Shown here: positions 22,108-26,443 of the stretch, in pieces
Layout: every line of letters starts with the position of its first letter
Position numbering within the stretch: the first letter of the stretch is position 1
Source of the DNA: Vitrella brassicaformis CCMP3155
Lineage: Eukaryota > Protista > Chromerida
Assembly: GCA_001179505.1 (NCBI GenBank)
Contig: CDMY01000729.1
Span: forward strand, 1-26,443
DNA length: 26,443 nucleotides
Direction of reading: 5' to 3'
The notes under the pieces: generated by a model
The model's input: only the letters and a program-made list of their open reading frames with translations
What the model was told of the DNA's origin: nothing
The model's database searches: none
Program-made: the position numbers and the translations under genes

Positions 22108-22909
22108 CGACGTCTGCCCACCAAGCCGTGACATCCACACCAGGTACACCTCTCCACACGCCCTATCAGGTGGCACACTCAAATCATCGATATCTCACAT
22201 CTCATCTCACTCATTTTTCCCTGTTCCGTGTGTGCAGATTTCACTCACCCCCGTTTTTCGCGACAACTGCAGCTCCCGCCCAGCTTCCTCTGGCACCACC
22301 AGAGAGCCCACTCGATGGGCTACACGGTGACCTACAACACATGACCACATCACACATACACGTATACTTTTCACTGTCTTCTCTTCCTCCATCCCCTCAC
22401 TCAGTTTGATTGTTGGTCGTTCTCTCAGCAATTTGTGGATGCCGCCGGCCTCTCTGTAGAGCATGACTGAGACCATCGAATGCACTATCATCTGAGGTAC
22501 ACACACGAGGACACACAGGGCATCCACATCCACATATGTACACACACATTCACATATATATACACACATCTACACACGTACTGTGTTTGCTCTGTGTGCT
22601 GTGTGGTGTGGTGTGCAGGTGTGTGGTGTGTGGTGTGCTGTCGTTGTAGAGATGGAAGAGTCTGGTCAACTCGAATCACGCCGCAACCTGCAACGCGCCA
22701 AGGACGGCAAGCCCCCCCTCCCCTCCGTCACGCGCGACGGCACGTCTGCCGACATGCGGCGGTTCCCCCTCCTGTACTCCACGATCGAAGAGCAGCCCCG
22801 CCGCCCCAGCAAGCAGCACTCGTCAGTCGGGAGCCTCATCCTCCTGTCCCGCGTCTTGGTCTTTCATGGCAGCAGCTGCCGCAGCCAGCGCTGCCATGGA
22901 CGTGGACAG
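22108..22909 (+). pseudogene. Orphan multi-exon gene fragment of unknown product, with one in-frame TGA
   Basis: Exon-like blocks 22108-22143, 22238-22326, 22405-22496 and 22650-22909 have canonical AG/GT ends and consistent phases. They read DFTHPRFSRQLQLPPSFLWHHQRAHSMGYT/FDCWSFSQQFVDAAGLSVEHD*DHRMHYHLR/DGRVWS. The TGA is at 22468-22470. Confidence 0.5.
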
Positions 22910-23097
22910 GTAAACAGTTCTGCACGGCCCCTTGCAGTGGGATTGATGGCGCTTGCAGTGCTGCAGAGTGTGGCGGGGGAGGCGGGCCGGGAGTCGTCTT
23001 GATCGGTGAGTCATCAGCGAAAAGGTACCTGTGACATTGGTGGACAAAAAGGGTCATATCAGGAGAGGGATTGATTGTGTGGTAGTGGTGTGACTAC

Positions 23098-23199
23098 CAT
23101 GTGGTGGCGCACTCAATGACGGACAAAAAGAGCAGAGGAGCTGGCGCATGTGGTGGCGCACTCAATGACGGACAAAAAGAGCAGAGGAGCTGGCGCATG
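23098..23199. repeat. Perfect 49-bp tandem duplication
   Basis: CATGTGGTGGCGCACTCAATGACGGACAAAAAGAGCAGAGGAGCTGGCG at 23098 and 23147. Confidence 0.95.
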
Positions 23200-23838
23200 G
23201 AGGTCAGGAACACGACGAAAACAAGGCGAAGTGATTGCCTGTGCACACAGGTACGCGGGAAAATCGCGATGATGGTGAGGTGCCCGTTTGCCCTGTGTTG
23301 GCCCTTACGTTGTCGAGTGTGCGTCAGTGGTCAGCCTGGTGCAGATGGTGCCAGGAGAAGAGGCCAGGGTCGCTCAATCTCTGGGGGGGTAGTTTCTCGA
23401 AGACAGGGATAGTGCGATGGAGGGCGTCAGAGGCCGAGTGGGGCGGTGGGTTGTATGGACGAATGGTAGTGCTTATCAATGCGGTTCACATGCGGGCAGC
23501 AGCGTGGCGCCAGGCCCCGAGGGTGTGGAGAGCTGGCTCCCAGCCAAGATGACAAGTGCCCGTAGATCTTGGTGCTGGTCACGGATGGGGCTGAAAGTGG
23601 GCTCAAATTGACGAGGGCGAAGGCGCTGACACGGTGGTATGAATGCGGTCCTTGTCCGATGCTTATCTGCCGAGGCGGGTTTCGCCCTTGGATCGAATCG
23701 CGATTTTCTCGACAGCCTGTGGGCCACTGGGGGCCGCACGCATATTGTGTGAATTCTGGCATCGATGCGGTCCTGATGCACCTATGGTTACCTACCACTC
23801 TCATCGACCCCCAAATTTCGATATGGAGCGCGCCCTTG

Positions 23839-24121
23839 CGTTTAAAACCGGTTGTGCTCTTGTGCGCGGGTGTGTGGGTGTGTGTGTGGGTGTGGGGTGG
23901 GGGGGGAGTGGGTGGGTCAGGTTCATGTTTGTGGGATGTGTGCGTGGTATTCAGGTTTCTGTCTACCCCCTTTCGTTTAAAACCGGTTGTGCTCTTGTGC
24001 GCGGGTGTGTGTGGGTGTGTGTGTGGGTGTGTGGGTGTGTGTGTGTGTGGGGGGAGTGGGTGGGTTAGGTTCATGTTTATGGGATGTGTGGGTGGTATTC
24101 AGGTTTCTGTCTACCCCCTTT
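23839..24121. repeat. Tandem duplication (135-bp and 148-bp units) containing GGGTGT/GT microsatellite and G-runs
   Basis: CGTTTAAAACCGGTTGTGCTCTTGTGCGCGGG starts at 23839 and 23974. Both units end in GGTATTCAGGTTTCTGTCTACCCCCTTT. Confidence 0.9.
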
Positions 24122-24144
24122 CCCCCTCCCCCCCTCCCCCTTCG

Positions 24145-24264
24145 GCAGCAGGAACGTCGGAGATGGCGGGTCCAGCAGCAGGGGCGTCGAAGACGGCGGG
24201 TCCAGCAGCAGGGGCGTCGAAGATGGCGGATCCAGCAGCAAGGGCGTCGGAGACGGCGGGTCCA
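24145..24264 (+). repeat. 4 x 30-bp GC-rich minisatellite (could encode AAGASKTAGP-type decapeptides)
   Basis: Consensus unit GCAGCAGGGGCGTCGAAGACGGCGGGTCCA. It follows a C-rich tract and CAG acceptor-like sites. Confidence 0.9.
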
Positions 24265-25515
24265 GTCGTGTCCATCAGCGAATGAATGGGCCCGGAGTGA
24301 ATTAGTGGTGTGCGTGTGTGCGGGGAGGTTTGCCCCGGTCGGTTGCAGTGGTCGGGGAGGTTTGCCCCAGTCTTTTCGGGTGGTCTGAGGGTTTTCCCCT
24401 GTCTATTGAAGTGTGTGTCGTTACCTGCTTCCGATGCGGCTCTCCTCACTGCATGCGCCGCTCTTCGTTCTTGCACCGTTGCCCGCTCTGTTCAGAGGGT
24501 GTCCCGCGTTGTTTGGGGGGTGCTCGCTGCTTCCAGCTTCCGAGTGGCTATTCAGCGAGCGGGTCTTAGTGGAGAATGGATGTGTGAAGTGACGAGGCGG
24601 ATTGGCTTGGTGGTGAAGATCTTCGCTGTGGTTGAGTGAGAGTGACCGATGATAAATATGTCAGTCGCTGGGAGCGTCCGTACACACACACCGATAATAG
24701 AAAGGACTGTCCGATGCTTAAACAAGCATGAAAGCGGGAAACGAAGCAACGCACAAAGGTCAACCAGTCGGAATAAGGAAGGCGCAAGCGCAAGAAAAAG
24801 ACAGAGAGACCGTTGCTGCTGGGCTGTCTTCAACGGTCTCTCCTCTCCTGTCTGCTCGTCCTGTCTCCACAAGTTTACAAGACGCGGCTAAGCTCGCAGA
24901 GGAGGGGCCAGCGTCTCATTCATATGCATGAGCACATACACATACACGAATCATACAGACCCAGAGGAGTGAAGGCAGACAGTGCACCCCCAGACAGTCA
25001 CCCAAAAAGTGCTCGTGCGCTGATGGAGTGACGAATCACCGGCGATGAGGGATCTTCCCTCCCTTCATCAGCGCAGCGATATACACCACAACATGCACGC
25101 AAGACGCCACTTTCCCCATGACAGACTCATGATTGATGTGTCATTTCTTGCACCCTGCAACATTTCCCTCCTTTCGAGTGCTGAGCTCCAAGCAGCACCC
25201 GTTCTAGATAGACAGGATGACACATCAATGCCTCGCTGATGAGAATACACAGTGGGTACATTGCAATACACTACAAGGAAGGAGAAAACCTACAGTAAGT
25301 AGCAAAACTCCTTGTCTGCCTCGCCTCCGGTACGGCCCAACCCATCAATGACCGTCCCTCAGTGTTCTTTCGGTTTAAGATGAGAACCGGCTGCTGAGCA
25401 GCACCCTTTCTAGGCATGGGAGTCCTCGTCTCTGGCGAAAGCAGCCACAGAAATCCTATCCGCATGTAAACTACATGCGCATGCAGCGGGGGCAGGCCCC
25501 CAGAAGAAAACAGCA

Positions 25516-25722
25516 CTTTCGGGACTCGCGAGCTTTCAGCGAGCGAGGCACGCTCTTACCCGAAGTTCGTGTTTGTTCGTTTGTAATTGGGGCCATCGAG
25601 ACTTTTTCATTCGGTACCGTCTTTCTGGTGGGGGCCTCCATGCGAGCTTTGCATTCACTGGCATTTCGCGACGGCGAAGCGGAGCGAGTCCCGACCCCCC
25701 GACGGAGGAGGCCAACTCATTC
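25516..25722 (-). repeat. Dispersed repeat family B, copy 2 (inverted relative to copy 1)
   Basis: Reverse complement of 19820-20033, lacking the 20-bp internal duplication. Confidence 0.9.
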
Positions 25723-25783
25723 AGCAAAGACTGTACACATCAATGCTTGAACAAAGAACGCGAGTGCAGCGGCGGCCTGTCAT

Positions 25784-26398
25784 TCAGCCCTCCGCTCCCC
25801 GTTCGTCCTCGTACTCATCCCTTTCTCGCTCCCATTGGTAAAAACGAAGGAAGTCGGCCAGCGATATGGCACTCTTCATGCCCACGAGGCTCTCCTTCTT
25901 TGACCGCTTTGTGCGTGTCGGCTCCTTCAGGTAATGCAGCTGGATGCCGTCCTTGTCAAGCTTAGCCACCTTCACGGTGTATTCGCGGTTGAGCTCCTTG
26001 CAGTGCCTCACGCGCACAATGGCGTACAAGGGCGGGAATGGCGCATCATCGAAACGCAGGTCAGAGCCAACGTCACGGTTCTCGTAGTCCTGCACAAGTT
26101 GTTTGCAGAGCACGTCGCTCTCGTCCTCCCATGACGCGCTCGAGAGTGGGTGCCAGCGCCATTTGCATTTGTATTGGACACGCCCCTTGTGGATCCTCTT
26201 CCCAACGATGGCTTCCACCTCGTGCTCAACGCCCTTCTCAAATCGTGCATCCGGCTCGACGTCATTGAGATGCGGATCATTCATCATCGGGTCCAACGCA
26301 GCTCCAACTGATGATGCTCTCTTCTGTGTCGGCACGTGGTCTTCTCCAAGCGCGAAGCCTTTCAAGGTATCCTCTTGTTCAGGCGACAAGAATGCGTC
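25784..26398 (-). CDS. Terminal exon of a chromodomain-containing protein; the gene continues beyond the right edge
   Basis: HEVEAIVGKRIHKGRVQYKCKWRWHPLSSASWEDESDVLCKQLVQDYE fits the chromo fold pattern (EVE.I...R...G...Y..KW......SWE). An in-frame ATCAG acceptor sits at 26399-26403 on the - strand, and the stop is at 25784-25786. Confidence 0.8.
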   Translation of the reverse strand, partial: DAFLSPEQEDTLKGFALGEDHVPTQKRASSVGAALDPMMNDPHLNDVEPDARFEKGVEHEVEAIVGKRIHKGRVQYKCKWRWHPLSSASWEDESDVLCKQLVQDYENRDVGSDLRFDDAPFPPLYAIVRVRHCKELNREYTVKVAKLDKDGIQLHYLKEPTRTKRSKKESLVGMKSAISLADFLRFYQWERERDEYEDERGAEG

Positions 26399-26443
26399 CT
26401 GATTGAATACCGTCTGTCTCCTGTCTCTCGTCAGATGGCTTTC

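Noticed and set aside
13946-24264. Tandem arrays as a possible CRISPR array
   Set aside because: The units are adjacent without unique spacers, there are no cas genes, and the context is eukaryotic.
23427-24388. Long ORFs 23569..24285 (+) and 23427..24074 (-)
   Set aside because: They stay open because the GT/CA-rich repeats lack stop codons. The translations (VCVCG, HTHTH) are low-complexity.
24318-24790. CFRCGSPH and HTDNRKDCP knuckle-like fragments suggesting a gag/LINE relic
   Set aside because: The CCHC spacing is incomplete and there are several stops, so the evidence is too weak for a feature.
19820-25722. One 5.9-kb composite transposon bounded by repeat B
   Set aside because: There is no TSD at the outer ends, the copies are noticeably diverged, and I recognise no transposase inside. 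It is kept only as an alternative in the findings.

Overview
This is an intron-rich eukaryotic genomic window with short GT-AG introns (mostly 50-85 nt) and CA/TG-rich non-coding DNA. The style suggests a chromerid alveolate such as Vitrella, but that is inference, not a search result. The main content is a tail-to-tail pair of secreted, bacterial-type aryl-sulfate sulfotransferase (ASST) genes. The + strand copy (1043-4563, 17 exons, about 845 aa by hand splicing) has a signal peptide, an Ig-like domain, an ASST domain and three C-terminal trefoil (P-type) domains. The - strand copy (7620-5075, 5 exons, about 754 aa) has no trefoils and shares no exact intron position with the first. Further along are a degenerate CCHC/DDE transposase-like ORF, a dead Ty1/copia retroelement with a putative 3' LTR only, and a secreted GH1 beta-glucosidase gene (17081-19541). 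After that come a 662-bp TIR element with a perfect 8-bp target-site duplication, two dispersed repeat families, several tandem duplications, an orphan spliced gene fragment, and the last exon of a chromodomain gene entering from the right edge. The most novel-looking system is the ASST-trefoil fusion and its independently intronised paralogue. No rRNA, tRNA or CRISPR array was seen.
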